Positions 29,001-37,231 of a DNA stretch of 64,000 nt are shown piece by piece; position 1 is the first letter of the stretch; each line of letters starts with the position of its first letter. The stretch is taken from NCBI GenBank assembly GCA_965223845.1, contig CBDCXR010000004.1, forward strand, positions 6,144,001 through 6,208,000. Direction: 5' to 3'. The translations under genes and the position numbers were made by a program. The DNA comes from Planctomycetota bacterium (GTDB lineage Bacteria > Planctomycetota > UBA8108 > SXIK01). A model generated the notes under the pieces. It was not told where the DNA came from and made no database searches. It worked only from the letters and a program-made list of their open reading frames with translations.

Positions 29001-30815
29001 ATAGAGAGAGACGATCCCGTAACGACGGCCTGCCTTGATTTGCGCCGGGATCTTCAGGATCTGCAGGCGAAAGTACTTCGGGAGAAGGGCGACTATAACA
29101 AGTGTGTAGACTTGCGGTCCGAACAGATCGGTGCGGTTAGCACACACTCAATTGCAGAGTGGATCGACCGTGCCAACTGGCTCCGCGATCAAGGGACCTG
29201 CTTGGTCAGCCAGTTCAGATACGACGATGCAAGAAACCGGTTCGACCAAGCTAAGGAGGCGCTGACCGAGGCGGAACGTGCTCGGAGGGAGGCGAACGGT
29301 GCGTCCAGCGACGCGGACGATTCGTACGCGCGGCGGATCGGGACCGCCAGACTTTCCCTGCTATTTCGGCGCATCGTGTTCGATCTGAACGACATCAATC
29401 CATGGGAATTAAAGGGACGGAATCGATTCGGAACTTCAGACCCGATCACAGAGGTGCACCGGTTGTGCGAGGACGCGCGAGTTCGTTGCGTGGCGGGTCA
29501 ACGGGACGTTCGACGGACAATCTACACACGCGCGGCAGATTACGCCGACTTCCGTTGCTATTTTCTTACGCTCGAAGCGAGAGCGCTCTATCTACAGGAC
29601 AAATTCGCCCGAGCGCACGAACGGCTTGATCGAGCAGAGGCTGGATTGAGCGCTCACGACGCGGTTCAGCGTCAGGGTCTCGCGGTAGTGCTGCTTTCTC
29701 GTGCCGAGTGTCTTCTCTTAAGCGCGGATCAAACCGTTGAGACTTATGCGAACCGTGTTGTCAGACGTCGAGCCGGGCAAGAACTGAACTACGTGCGGTC
29801 TTCGCAACTTTCCGTGTTCGCTTTGCAAAATGTTCTCGAATCTGTGGGGATCGAGCCGCGTGATAATGACGCCTACCACCAACTAACAGGACTCGCTATC
29901 GACGCCCCACACGACGGTGCTGCGCTTGAAACTCTCAAGGAGATCGCGGCGGAAAGACCGATCGATCGAATGCGCCTTGGCGTAGAAGAGCCCGGTCTCG
30001 TCCAGCGCGCACAAGAGTTGCTGGAAAAACGCAAGAGAATTCAACGCGCAATGCCGACGGATATCACGAAGTTGTCCTTCTGCGAGTGGCGTGACTCTCT
30101 GCTCAACGACTCTGCCGGATTACTAGACGAGGCGGACCATCGCGCGTGCATCGCGCGCGCCGACCGCAAGCTTTGGCGAGCAGAAACCTGCCTGGATCAG
30201 GCGGAACGATTGTTCACCCGAGGACGGCGCAACGTCTATTGGTGGCATCAGCTGTATGTTCTTCGGGTCCAGCTTTACATCGAGCGTCTGCTCCTCGAGA
30301 TGACCGCTCGGACGAAGGCCTTCGGCGATACCTGGCCGGAGTTCGTCGTTCGCTTCCAGCAATGTGTTCGCGGGGCACTCAACGCGATTCGAAGTGCGCG
30401 AGATACCTTGGCTCGCCCGCGCCGTGAGGGCGGCGGCGGTCGCCGGGCTCGCAGGACACACCTTCGAGCCCTTTGGCTCGAGCTCATGCTGTGCTCGTGG
30501 TACCTCAGCATCACAATCCAAAAATCCCTCGACGACGACCCTAAACACAGTCACCGACCGTGGTTCTACATCATCGGAAGCGGGTCACACGACGTTCTTT
30601 GGGATCGATGGAAATGGATGAACGAATCCTCGGGGAACCGAGACTGGGTGCAGGGCAATGTGGACGAGATTGTCCTGTCTCTACTCGAACGGAGTGCCAA
30701 GGACGTCGAATGGTACCACGGTCATTCGATCCGCTCGCGCGCCAATCTCCTCCAGGTCGTGAACCGCGCATTTGGCGCGGACGACATTAAGAGTCTTATG
30801 GAGGAATCTCAGTAG
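26028..30815 (+). CDS. SIR2-domain protein with degenerate STAND-like NTPase, winged helix and helical/TPR-like C-terminus (putative anti-phage NADase)
   Basis: PFLGAGISIGAGVPT, LTINFDSLLEEAL, VVKLHGG, LVLGFGG; later IWIDF and YVLAFDSV (Walker-B-like) without GKT/S; wHTH-like LEDLQSEGHLARLEGGAYWI. Start at ATG 26028 or TTG 26013. By eye more A/T-ending codons than the flanks. Confidence 0.8.
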   Translation: MDEQLDVINQLSEAWQTGHAIVPFLGAGISIGAGVPTISQLKEYFAKFRFYVENGAYGPSDRRFKFRGQAAANPSEYLTDFGWPDPYQLEADLWYWFDESHRSNPDKHLPCGRDQLDKVVQDTILREIRHEEPGLVDAIRRGAHPISVSGNWHALLGQLTGGNLDYVDALFDRLSKGREPGAAHTYLAFLSQLMGWQLFLTINFDSLLEEALRAEGLVPKVFDVFRDASLPHDSLVRGHLAVVKLHGGAYGLRTGERLDYALEPESRDRLLRYIPIDGIVLVLGFGGSERRMTQLMEQLIIRGGSARGPYPSVIWLYAESTPPPALVWLQERASSFGSDRERILRSCRISDAGRFLNELYCRVASTHPAGAQMYPIGSVRPIGVSARVETLAPSDDGKTESESGGEANGDGRLREPAATAKLEPDARPDEGVDDGGQTENETEDWAEFVERPVQIFTSIKSSDEIGTSSELESSVMMTEFVAELGPRYRTIWIDFEQHHTVDGVVTEIVDRLRQYDTALAPFVVPSGDETRENYSSAVRRVRMALRRGRYVLAFDSVAAFARPETVHHGVPECPTDPEKQDDESKRLTRRVGSLNSFLTELCAIGVKDSRVVAAEAIKDSYLCIAVDEPRSRFGKDPNDKHLDIVRSAISKFYKEADRESNKKREQGLAPPHVALRGPLHASAMPSPSPPPNVCSAELIRGYLRRGIVEPSDVGSSLTSTALLILSFFRKPPSVVAVRSLLADACPLENDLAPQQRQVYAKIDKLLEDLQSEGHLARLEGGAYWISRIKRDLVYESWLKLSYPSEVRNLCKQLIPMQQLTVEQDDLVRNTAIELFFVCTQHRRIAKYYYTELFFASKDVGAFFEYLYHRVSSIRYLRLLQLLVVSTNSRNWIRERIRPTTEAPRFSGEDPLEAFGGSFDELLKVNDASVVYSELVASEIRSLRQTLHRERESILASAPADTWIGWIRRIETHDLDDFRFALSPLKSSDGVEIERDDPVTTACLDLRRDLQDLQAKVLREKGDYNKCVDLRSEQIGAVSTHSIAEWIDRANWLRDQGTCLVSQFRYDDARNRFDQAKEALTEAERARREANGASSDADDSYARRIGTARLSLLFRRIVFDLNDINPWELKGRNRFGTSDPITEVHRLCEDARVRCVAGQRDVRRTIYTRAADYADFRCYFLTLEARALYLQDKFARAHERLDRAEAGLSAHDAVQRQGLAVVLLSRAECLLLSADQTVETYANRVVRRRAGQELNYVRSSQLSVFALQNVLESVGIEPRDNDAYHQLTGLAIDAPHDGAALETLKEIAAERPIDRMRLGVEEPGLVQRAQELLEKRKRIQRAMPTDITKLSFCEWRDSLLNDSAGLLDEADHRACIARADRKLWRAETCLDQAERLFTRGRRNVYWWHQLYVLRVQLYIERLLLEMTARTKAFGDTWPEFVVRFQQCVRGALNAIRSARDTLARPRREGGGGRRARRTHLRALWLELMLCSWYLSITIQKSLDDDPKHSHRPWFYIIGSGSHDVLWDRWKWMNESSGNRDWVQGNVDEIVLSLLERSAKDVEWYHGHSIRSRANLLQVVNRAFGADDIKSLMEESQ

Positions 30816-30836
30816 TCTCTCTTCATCGATCTCTTT

Positions 30837-30930
30837 TCACGTCCCCCGCACCTCTACCCGCCTAGCCCTCTGCGAAGCGGCCTTCGGCATCATCACTTGC
30901 AGCACGCCGTTTTTCAGCTCCGCCCCCGTC
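30837..30930 (-). pseudogene. Orphan 3' fragment of an hsp20 gene
   Basis: Translates TGAELKNGVLQVMMPKAASQRARRVEVRGT* versus TGAELKNGVLRVTMPKAASQRARRVEVRGGD* at 36302-36398; 8 differences in the first 84 aligned nt, 6 synonymous. Confidence 0.92.
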
Positions 30931-31179
30931 TACATCATCGGAACCGGGTCGCATGGAGTTCTGTGGGATCGGTGGAAGTGGATGAATGAGTCCTCGGGAA
31001 ATCGAGACTGGGTGGAGGACGACGTCGAGGAGCTCGTTCATTCTCTCCTTGCGCAAGGCGCGAAGGACGTCGAAAAGTTCTACGGTCATTCGATCCGCTC
31101 GCGCGCGAATCTGCTCCGCGTCGTGAATCGCGCGTTCAACGAGCCGGAGGTCAGGCGGCTCATGAGCGACTCCGAGTGA
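30931..31179 (+). pseudogene. Orphan 3' fragment (last 82 codons) of a second allele of the SIR2-domain gene
   Basis: Ungapped match to 30567-30815, 57/82 aa identical by manual count; no start or RBS of its own. Confidence 0.92.
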
Positions 31180-31371
31180 TCTCTCCTTGGATTCGTGAAA
31201 TCGCTCGCGGGCGATCCGGCGTAGGGCTTGTCCCAGAGAGCGGCGCTTGACCGCCGCCTCACGCAAAGCTCTCCGGCCGGTGCGGAAGCGCGAACCGGCC
31301 TGAGCTCGGTTTCGGCGAGTTGGTGACGCCGGTCGGCGTGGCCCGGAATCTGAAACCCACGTCCCGTTGGC

Positions 31372-33093
31372 TCAGGTCACCTCGTGAGCTAGAAGCTCAA
31401 TCGACGCATCCCCTCGAGCCGTCCAACCGATCCACAGGCGTTCGCCGAAGTGAACGAGGCACGGCGACTGCTTCGACTCCTCGCGCAGCGCGACCCGGTC
31501 CGTCCACGAGGAGCCGTCGTCACTCGTTGCGAGGTGGATTCGTGCGCTCTCCGCATCGCGCCAAGCGAGAAACAGTCCCGTGGGGCCCGCCGTGAGCGCG
31601 ACGGGAGCATCGGATTTCCTTCCGATCGCCTTTTTGGGGGAAAACGCTCCTCCCGTTCGCGTCGAGGTCCACAAGCGGTCCGCTGCATCGCCCCAGACGA
31701 GGACGAGGCGATTCCCGAGCGCCGCGAGCGCCGGTCCGGTTCGCGTCGTCCAGGGCAGCGTCGTCTTCGCGCTCCAGGTTCGACTGTCCGTCGACTCGAT
31801 CATGCTGATTCGATTGCTTCCTCTCGCGCGCCAAGCGCAGAAGACTCGATTCGGTGAGGCGGCGAGGGTGGGTGGGGACGCCGTTCGCGCGTTGAGCGAC
31901 GCGTCCGGGCCCCAAGCCGTGCCGTCCGTCGAGCTGATCACGCGGAGCTCTCTCGTTCCGTGGCTCGCGTAAGCGACGACGTACGACCCTCCAAACGAGA
32001 CCGCTGCGGGAGCGAGGCGTGTCGCCGCCCCGAGTCGCCGGATCGTCCCGAAGGTCCGCCCGTCCGTCGAAGCACGGCATCGTATCCGGCCCGTGACTCG
32101 ATCGGACCAGACGAGCAATAGCTCCCCGGGTCTGGCCGCCAAGGCCGGACTCGCGCGACTGCCCGTGCGAAGGCCGACTCTCTCCGTCAATCGAATCTTG
32201 AGCGTCTCTGCGACTTTCGTCATGTGCTTTGCCGACGCCTGCTCGCGCTGGCCAGGTTTTTCGCCGGCAAAATGAAGTCCCACCGCTGCGTGACTCGAGG
32301 CCTCGAGCCAGAGGGCTCCGGAGTCGCCCTTCTTCGTGAGCTCGCCACCCGAGCTTGCCGGAACGATCGATAGTTCGTGAGTCCCGACGCCGTCGATGAC
32401 GCCCTCGGTCCGCCCGGTTTTCGCGCCCGATTTGATGACTCGCATTCCGATCGCCGGTGGGACGACGCCCGTCACTCCTCCCGGAATCCCCACGATCCCG
32501 CGCGACGCTTCGCGTTGGTTCCCGAGTTGAGCGACCGCACAATCGAGTTCGCGGTTGGAACGAAGCACGCGGGCGATGCGATCCCCGACGGCGGTCGTGC
32601 CAGGTTGCGTGACCCAATCGCCTCGCGCGCCGTTCGCGCGGGACCGCACGAATACGTGGTGATTCGAAAGAACGAGTGAATCGCCGGTCGCACGATCGAT
32701 CACGACCGCGCCGATCGTCCCCTTCTGATCGAGGCGAACGTTGCGAGCCTGGCTACCGCCGACGATCGGATCGAATCGTTCCCCTTCGTGCAGATCGATC
32801 GACGACTCGATGACATCGACGGGGATTCCGAAGATCGACCGAGGAATGCGCTCGGCTCGAGGCAGCTTCGCGAGGTCGACCTTCTTGCTCACGTACGCAC
32901 GGAGACAGATCTCGCTCGTCATCCGTCCGTCGACCCAGCGGTAGCCAACGTCGACGCGCTCGACTCCCGCCCTCCGGAGCAATCGCTGGCGGTGCGTTCG
33001 CAGTCGCTTCAAGTGGCGCACCATCTCTCGGTCGGTGAGCACGGCGACTGGTCCGCGTCGACGGCGTCGCTTGGACTTCTTCGCTTTCCCCAT
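31372..33093 (-). CDS. Trypsin-like (Nal1-like S1) serine protease fused to a C-terminal beta-propeller repeat domain
   Basis: GTIGAVV, LSNHHV (His), DCAVA (Asp), GDSGA (Ser), VGLHFAG; repeats PALAA...L.LVW, STDGRTF, STDGTAW, SDDGSSW. No signal peptide; basic N-terminus. Confidence 0.82.
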   Translation of the reverse strand: MGKAKKSKRRRRRGPVAVLTDREMVRHLKRLRTHRQRLLRRAGVERVDVGYRWVDGRMTSEICLRAYVSKKVDLAKLPRAERIPRSIFGIPVDVIESSIDLHEGERFDPIVGGSQARNVRLDQKGTIGAVVIDRATGDSLVLSNHHVFVRSRANGARGDWVTQPGTTAVGDRIARVLRSNRELDCAVAQLGNQREASRGIVGIPGGVTGVVPPAIGMRVIKSGAKTGRTEGVIDGVGTHELSIVPASSGGELTKKGDSGALWLEASSHAAVGLHFAGEKPGQREQASAKHMTKVAETLKIRLTERVGLRTGSRASPALAARPGELLLVWSDRVTGRIRCRASTDGRTFGTIRRLGAATRLAPAAVSFGGSYVVAYASHGTRELRVISSTDGTAWGPDASLNARTASPPTLAASPNRVFCAWRARGSNRISMIESTDSRTWSAKTTLPWTTRTGPALAALGNRLVLVWGDAADRLWTSTRTGGAFSPKKAIGRKSDAPVALTAGPTGLFLAWRDAESARIHLATSDDGSSWTDRVALREESKQSPCLVHFGERLWIGWTARGDASIELLAHEVT

Positions 33094-33138
33094 ATCTGCC
33101 TTCCGGAGTGGACGGCTCGCGCTTGCTGCGGACTGGGA

Positions 33139-34359
33139 TCAAGGTGGAAGTGAGAATCGAATCTCGCGCTCGCCGAACCCGATGTCGATGTGGAGCACGA
33201 TCTCGCGCCCGCTTCGAAGCGGCTCGCCGCCGAACAGTGCGTAGCCGACGACGGGACTCGTGTCCGCCGAATTCGATTCCGATCGGAGGAGGAGCGAGTC
33301 GATTCCGCCTCGTCCTTCCAGCGCGGCTCGGTCCGCTTCGATCGCCGAACCGGGGAACGAGGCGTCTTCGATCAGTGCCGGAGCGCTCCACACCGCCGCC
33401 GACGGGATCGCTGCTTCGAGGACGCGAGCGTCGATCGCGCGGTAGCTCACCTGGCGTGATCGTTCGCGAAACGACGGAGAAGGCGGAGCGCTCATTCCCG
33501 CGCGATCTGCGTCGACGCCGTAGAGGTACTGAATCGTGCGAGTCGCGTCGAGACACTCGAGAGGGTGTCCGTCGCAGCTCACTCGGATCTCCGCCGGCTG
33601 GACGCGGGCCGCGCGAGTCTCCATCGCGAGTGCGAGCTTGAGCACCCCCTCCGGACGGGCTACGCGCGGCTGCACCTCCACGCGCGCGTCGGTGCCGAAC
33701 CGAAGAACGGCGGACTTCGACTTTGGATCCCACAGCACGATTTCATTCGAGCTCGCTTCCGCGAGCAACGGTTCGAGCGCGACCGAAGAGAGCGGAACGA
33801 GATCGGCGAACGTCACGTCGGGCTCTTCGAGACCGACGAGAATGTGCGGCTCGTCCCGCTCGTCCGGTCGTTCGCTCCGGAGCGAGAGGCCGACGGCCTG
33901 GACCTCGAAGGAGACCTCCTCTACGGCAGCGCCCTCCTCGAGGGCGATGACTTCGCGAAGCGCTGGGAGACCGCGGGCGAACGAACGATAGACCGCTCTG
34001 AGGTGTCCGTGGTGAGAGATCGCCCTCCGCTCGACTCGGCGAATCGGTTCTCCGCCCGCGGATCCGGCCACGATCCAGCGCAACTCGACGATGCGGTAAC
34101 GTGCGTTCGGGTCCGCATCCCGGACGCGCGCGACGTGGTCCGACGTCCCGCTGGCGACGAGGCGGAGCAGTGTGTCTCGCTCGAGATACGGAATGAACTG
34201 ATCGGCGAGGGAGAATGGGTGATCGGTGTCGGACACCGCAGCGAACGCGCTCTCCCACTCGCCTCGATTCCGTGCGCTCGAGCAGGCAGAGGTGAACGCG
34301 ATCGCTGCGGCGGCCGCCACCGCACCCAGGACGATCCGTCCTGATCTACTTGGTGACAT
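33139..34359 (-). CDS. Hypothetical lipoprotein
   Basis: AIAFTSAC lipobox-like; start overlaps the secretin gene stop by 14 nt. Confidence 0.65.
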   Translation of the reverse strand: MSPSRSGRIVLGAVAAAAAIAFTSACSSARNRGEWESAFAAVSDTDHPFSLADQFIPYLERDTLLRLVASGTSDHVARVRDADPNARYRIVELRWIVAGSAGGEPIRRVERRAISHHGHLRAVYRSFARGLPALREVIALEEGAAVEEVSFEVQAVGLSLRSERPDERDEPHILVGLEEPDVTFADLVPLSSVALEPLLAEASSNEIVLWDPKSKSAVLRFGTDARVEVQPRVARPEGVLKLALAMETRAARVQPAEIRVSCDGHPLECLDATRTIQYLYGVDADRAGMSAPPSPSFRERSRQVSYRAIDARVLEAAIPSAAVWSAPALIEDASFPGSAIEADRAALEGRGGIDSLLLRSESNSADTSPVVGYALFGGEPLRSGREIVLHIDIGFGEREIRFSLPP

Positions 34360-36016
34360 CGTACGCGAACACTCCGCCGCGGCGCAGGCGACGACCGAAC
34401 CGATTCCAGTAGCTGCTCACGCTGAAGTTCTCGTAAGCAGGCTCGAGCGCGTCCCTCAATCCTACGGAAAGCCGCGTGTTCGTGAGAGCGACTTGGACGT
34501 AGTTTGCGCCGAGTATGAAATCCTCGCGAGTCTTCGTGAGTACCGCATTTGCGCTTTCATCCTTGGCGAGCTTTCGAGCTTCGACGAAGACGAGAGTCTC
34601 GGTCTTCTGACGATCCGTCGTCTTGTCCTTGAAGAGCGCACCGACGAGCGGCAAGTCGCCGAGGATCGGGATCTTCTCTTCGGTTTCGATCTCGCGCTCG
34701 CTGATGAGCCCGCCCATGACGAGGCCGCGATTGTCCTCGAGCTCGACCAGATTCTGTACCGAGACGATGCCGGATTCGAAGTTGACCGTGTTCGAATTGA
34801 GATTCTGTGTTCCGCTGTCCGCCACTCGCACGACGATGTTGAGGCGGATCTTGGCGCCTTTCGCGATGATCGTGGGCGTCACCTTCACGTACGCACCGAC
34901 GTTCTTATAGAAGAACTCGCGGACGGTGTTGGTGTTTTCGGCGATGACGTTCGTGCCCAGTCGAAACGGCAGCTTCTCGCCGGAGAAGAACTCCACGCTG
35001 TTTTCGTTCAGCGTGACGACTTGCGGGGCGGTTACCGTGTCCGCGTTCAGCTCGGACGCGAGGAAGCTCGCGAGTAGGTTCACATGCTTCCCGGTCAAGT
35101 TGACGAGGAGTCCCTTTCCTCCGCCGATCGCCGTGCCGTTTTGATCGAGCCCGATCAGGCCGAGGATGTCTCCGAACCGAGTTGCCGCGCTCTCGGTGCG
35201 CTGATTCCCGTGGATATTGTTTCCCGTCACGAGTGATGCGCGCTGTCCCGACTGACTGCGATAGTCGAGCACGGAGCTGAAGGCCGATCCGTTCGAGCGG
35301 GCGACCTCGACGACGCGAACTCGGATCTGTACGAGGTCGCGCGGAGCTTGGGACTTCTCCTTCTTCGCCGCGGCGTCTTTCTTGCGTTCCTCGATTTCGA
35401 TGCGGAGCTTCTCCACCTCGATCTCTTTCTCTCGGCGCAGTCCTTCCTTTTCCGCCAGAGTTTCGAGGATGCTCTCGAGTTCGGCCTTCGCCGCATCGGC
35501 CTGCGCTCGGGCGGCCCCTGCCGCGGCTTCGGCTTCTTCGGAGGCCTCCACCGCTCGATCTAGGGCGTCGAGGGCTTCCGATGATGGAGATTCCATCGCA
35601 TCGACCGTACGGTTCGCGATCGTTTTCGCGCGAGCCTTCGCCCGTGAATCCGCTTCGAGCCGGGATGCGTTTGCGTCGGCTGCATCGGCGGCGTTTCGGA
35701 GAGAAACCGCCCGATTGCGGAGTTCGTCTTCCTCGGCGCGAAGGAGCTCGGCCTCACGCTCGGCGCTCGCGAGCTCGACCGTGCTCGCCGGCTCGTCGCC
35801 TGCCGACTCCAGCTGCTGCGTGGTCCCGCCGCCCGCGTCCAAGCGGATCAGCTGGACGTTGACGCTCCGCGGAATTCCCAGCTCGGCGTCGAGCTCACCC
35901 TCCCCCGCGAGCACCGAGGGAGTCTCGACGACTTGGGCCGAGAGGATCGACCCGACGAACCACACGGCACTGGAACTACACCAACACACCCATCGGAATC
36001 GCTTAGCGTCCGCCAT
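34346..36016 (-). CDS. Secretin-domain protein (GspD/PilQ-like C-terminal domain) with N-terminal coiled coil
   Basis: VQIRVRVVEV, TAPQVVTLNE, YKNVGAYVKVTPTI, MGGLI, KIPILGDLPLVGALFK, TETLVFVE; Ala/Glu-rich coiled coil upstream; GGAGG RBS. Confidence 0.82.
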   Translation of the reverse strand: MADAKRFRWVCWCSSSAVWFVGSILSAQVVETPSVLAGEGELDAELGIPRSVNVQLIRLDAGGGTTQQLESAGDEPASTVELASAEREAELLRAEEDELRNRAVSLRNAADAADANASRLEADSRAKARAKTIANRTVDAMESPSSEALDALDRAVEASEEAEAAAGAARAQADAAKAELESILETLAEKEGLRREKEIEVEKLRIEIEERKKDAAAKKEKSQAPRDLVQIRVRVVEVARSNGSAFSSVLDYRSQSGQRASLVTGNNIHGNQRTESAATRFGDILGLIGLDQNGTAIGGGKGLLVNLTGKHVNLLASFLASELNADTVTAPQVVTLNENSVEFFSGEKLPFRLGTNVIAENTNTVREFFYKNVGAYVKVTPTIIAKGAKIRLNIVVRVADSGTQNLNSNTVNFESGIVSVQNLVELEDNRGLVMGGLISEREIETEEKIPILGDLPLVGALFKDKTTDRQKTETLVFVEARKLAKDESANAVLTKTREDFILGANYVQVALTNTRLSVGLRDALEPAYENFSVSSYWNRFGRRLRRGGVFAYDVTK

Positions 36017-36301
36017 CGCGACGTCCTCCCGTCTGCTCCAATACGTTCACTCTCGGCTTTGCGCCCCGGCCGCGCACGGACGAGCGCGCTCCGAAAACCC
36101 ACGCGGTGCCCCCGACACTGCACCTATCCGAGAGAGACGACTACACGCTACGAGAGGTGTTCGTAAGACGCAAGACTCCTCGTACGAATTATTGAAGCCC
36201 TGCTTGCTTCATTCAGACTACCGGCGTCGGCGGGAGGAGGCGCCTCAGTAGAATCCTGTGCGCGGCTGCGAGTGCGGCGGTTCGACGGAGCATCCTTGCC
36301 G

Positions 36302-36787
36302 TCAGTCCCCGCCCCGCACCTCCACCCGCCGAGCCCGCTGCGAAGCTGCCTTGGGCATCGTCACTCGCAGCACGCCGTTCTTCAGCTCCGCCCCCGTCCG
36401 CTCGACGTCCACCTCGCACGGAAGGCCGATCGAACGCTCGAACGGCCCCGCGCGACGTTCGGATCGGTGAACGGTGCCGCCGGGGCGAGCCGCGGTGTCG
36501 TCCGTACGCCGAACCGTCAGCGTTCGTTCCTCGACGGCGACGTCGAGGTCCGCGAGTTGCGCTCCCGGGACTTCGCACTCGACGTACAGATTCGCCTCGT
36601 CTTCCCACAGGTCGAGGCGCGCGCGTCCGCTCCGTGCCCGCCCGCCGGGCTTCGACGGATCCCCGGCGATGCCGGTGAAATCGAGGACGTCCTCGATGAG
36701 CTGCTCGATCTTTCCCGAGAGGCGCTCGGCGAACCGCCGGCCAAACTCCTCCGGGCCTTCGTTTCCTTGCGTGGGATTAACACTCAT
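36302..36787 (-). CDS. Small heat shock protein, Hsp20/alpha-crystallin family
   Basis: DLWED, EVPG, ERRAGPFERSIGLP, AELKNGVLRVTMPK; AGGAG RBS before ATG 36787. Confidence 0.93.
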   Translation of the reverse strand: MSVNPTQGNEGPEEFGRRFAERLSGKIEQLIEDVLDFTGIAGDPSKPGGRARSGRARLDLWEDEANLYVECEVPGAQLADLDVAVEERTLTVRRTDDTAARPGGTVHRSERRAGPFERSIGLPCEVDVERTGAELKNGVLRVTMPKAASQRARRVEVRGGD

Positions 36788-37231
36788 GTTCGCTCTCCTG
36801 TTGCGGGGTTCCTGCATCTTAGGAGTAGACGCGCGCGCGGGGGTGGCGTTTCCGGGGCCGTTCCGTTCTGGCCGGCGAGTTTCGCGCGCGGCTTCCTACC
36901 CGGCGTCGATTCGGCACTCACGGCCGCGTCAGTTCTGGAACCGCAGGGGGGAGTCGATCGCGTTCGTAGATTCTCCGCGCTCCGAGCTTTCGTGCTCGGG
37001 AACACGAGGCTGCGGGCTACCGGTCGCCGCGCAGAGTTCGCCCCGATGGCAGTCAACTGTTCGCCATCCGCTCGCCGAGTTTCCATGGGAGCGCGTCCGC
37101 AGAGAGACGAGCCTTGCCCGCCCCCGCCGGGGGAAAATACAATCCGTAGATTCTGCGGATTTCCGCGGAATCCCGACGATCGTGGTGCGCCCCGAGCGCG
37201 CCGCTACTCCTTCAACGCGGCTGAGCTCACT

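Noticed and set aside
30567-31179. Diversity-generating retroelement VR/TR pair
   Set aside because: Differences involve all four bases and many are synonymous rather than adenine-specific; no reverse transcriptase in the window.
30772-31179. 135-aa track ORF as a real gene
   Set aside because: It is a chimera of an alternative SIR2 frame, antisense hsp20 fragment and the orphan SIR2 tip; TTG start without an evident RBS.
36910-36940. CIRCE/HrcA operator upstream of hsp20
   Set aside because: Only one half-site-like GGCACTC; the second arm does not match at 9-bp spacing.
36272-37231. N-terminal 320 codons of the 1386-aa track ORF
   Set aside because: Overlaps hsp20 antisense and intergenic DNA; the signal-peptide start fits 37232.
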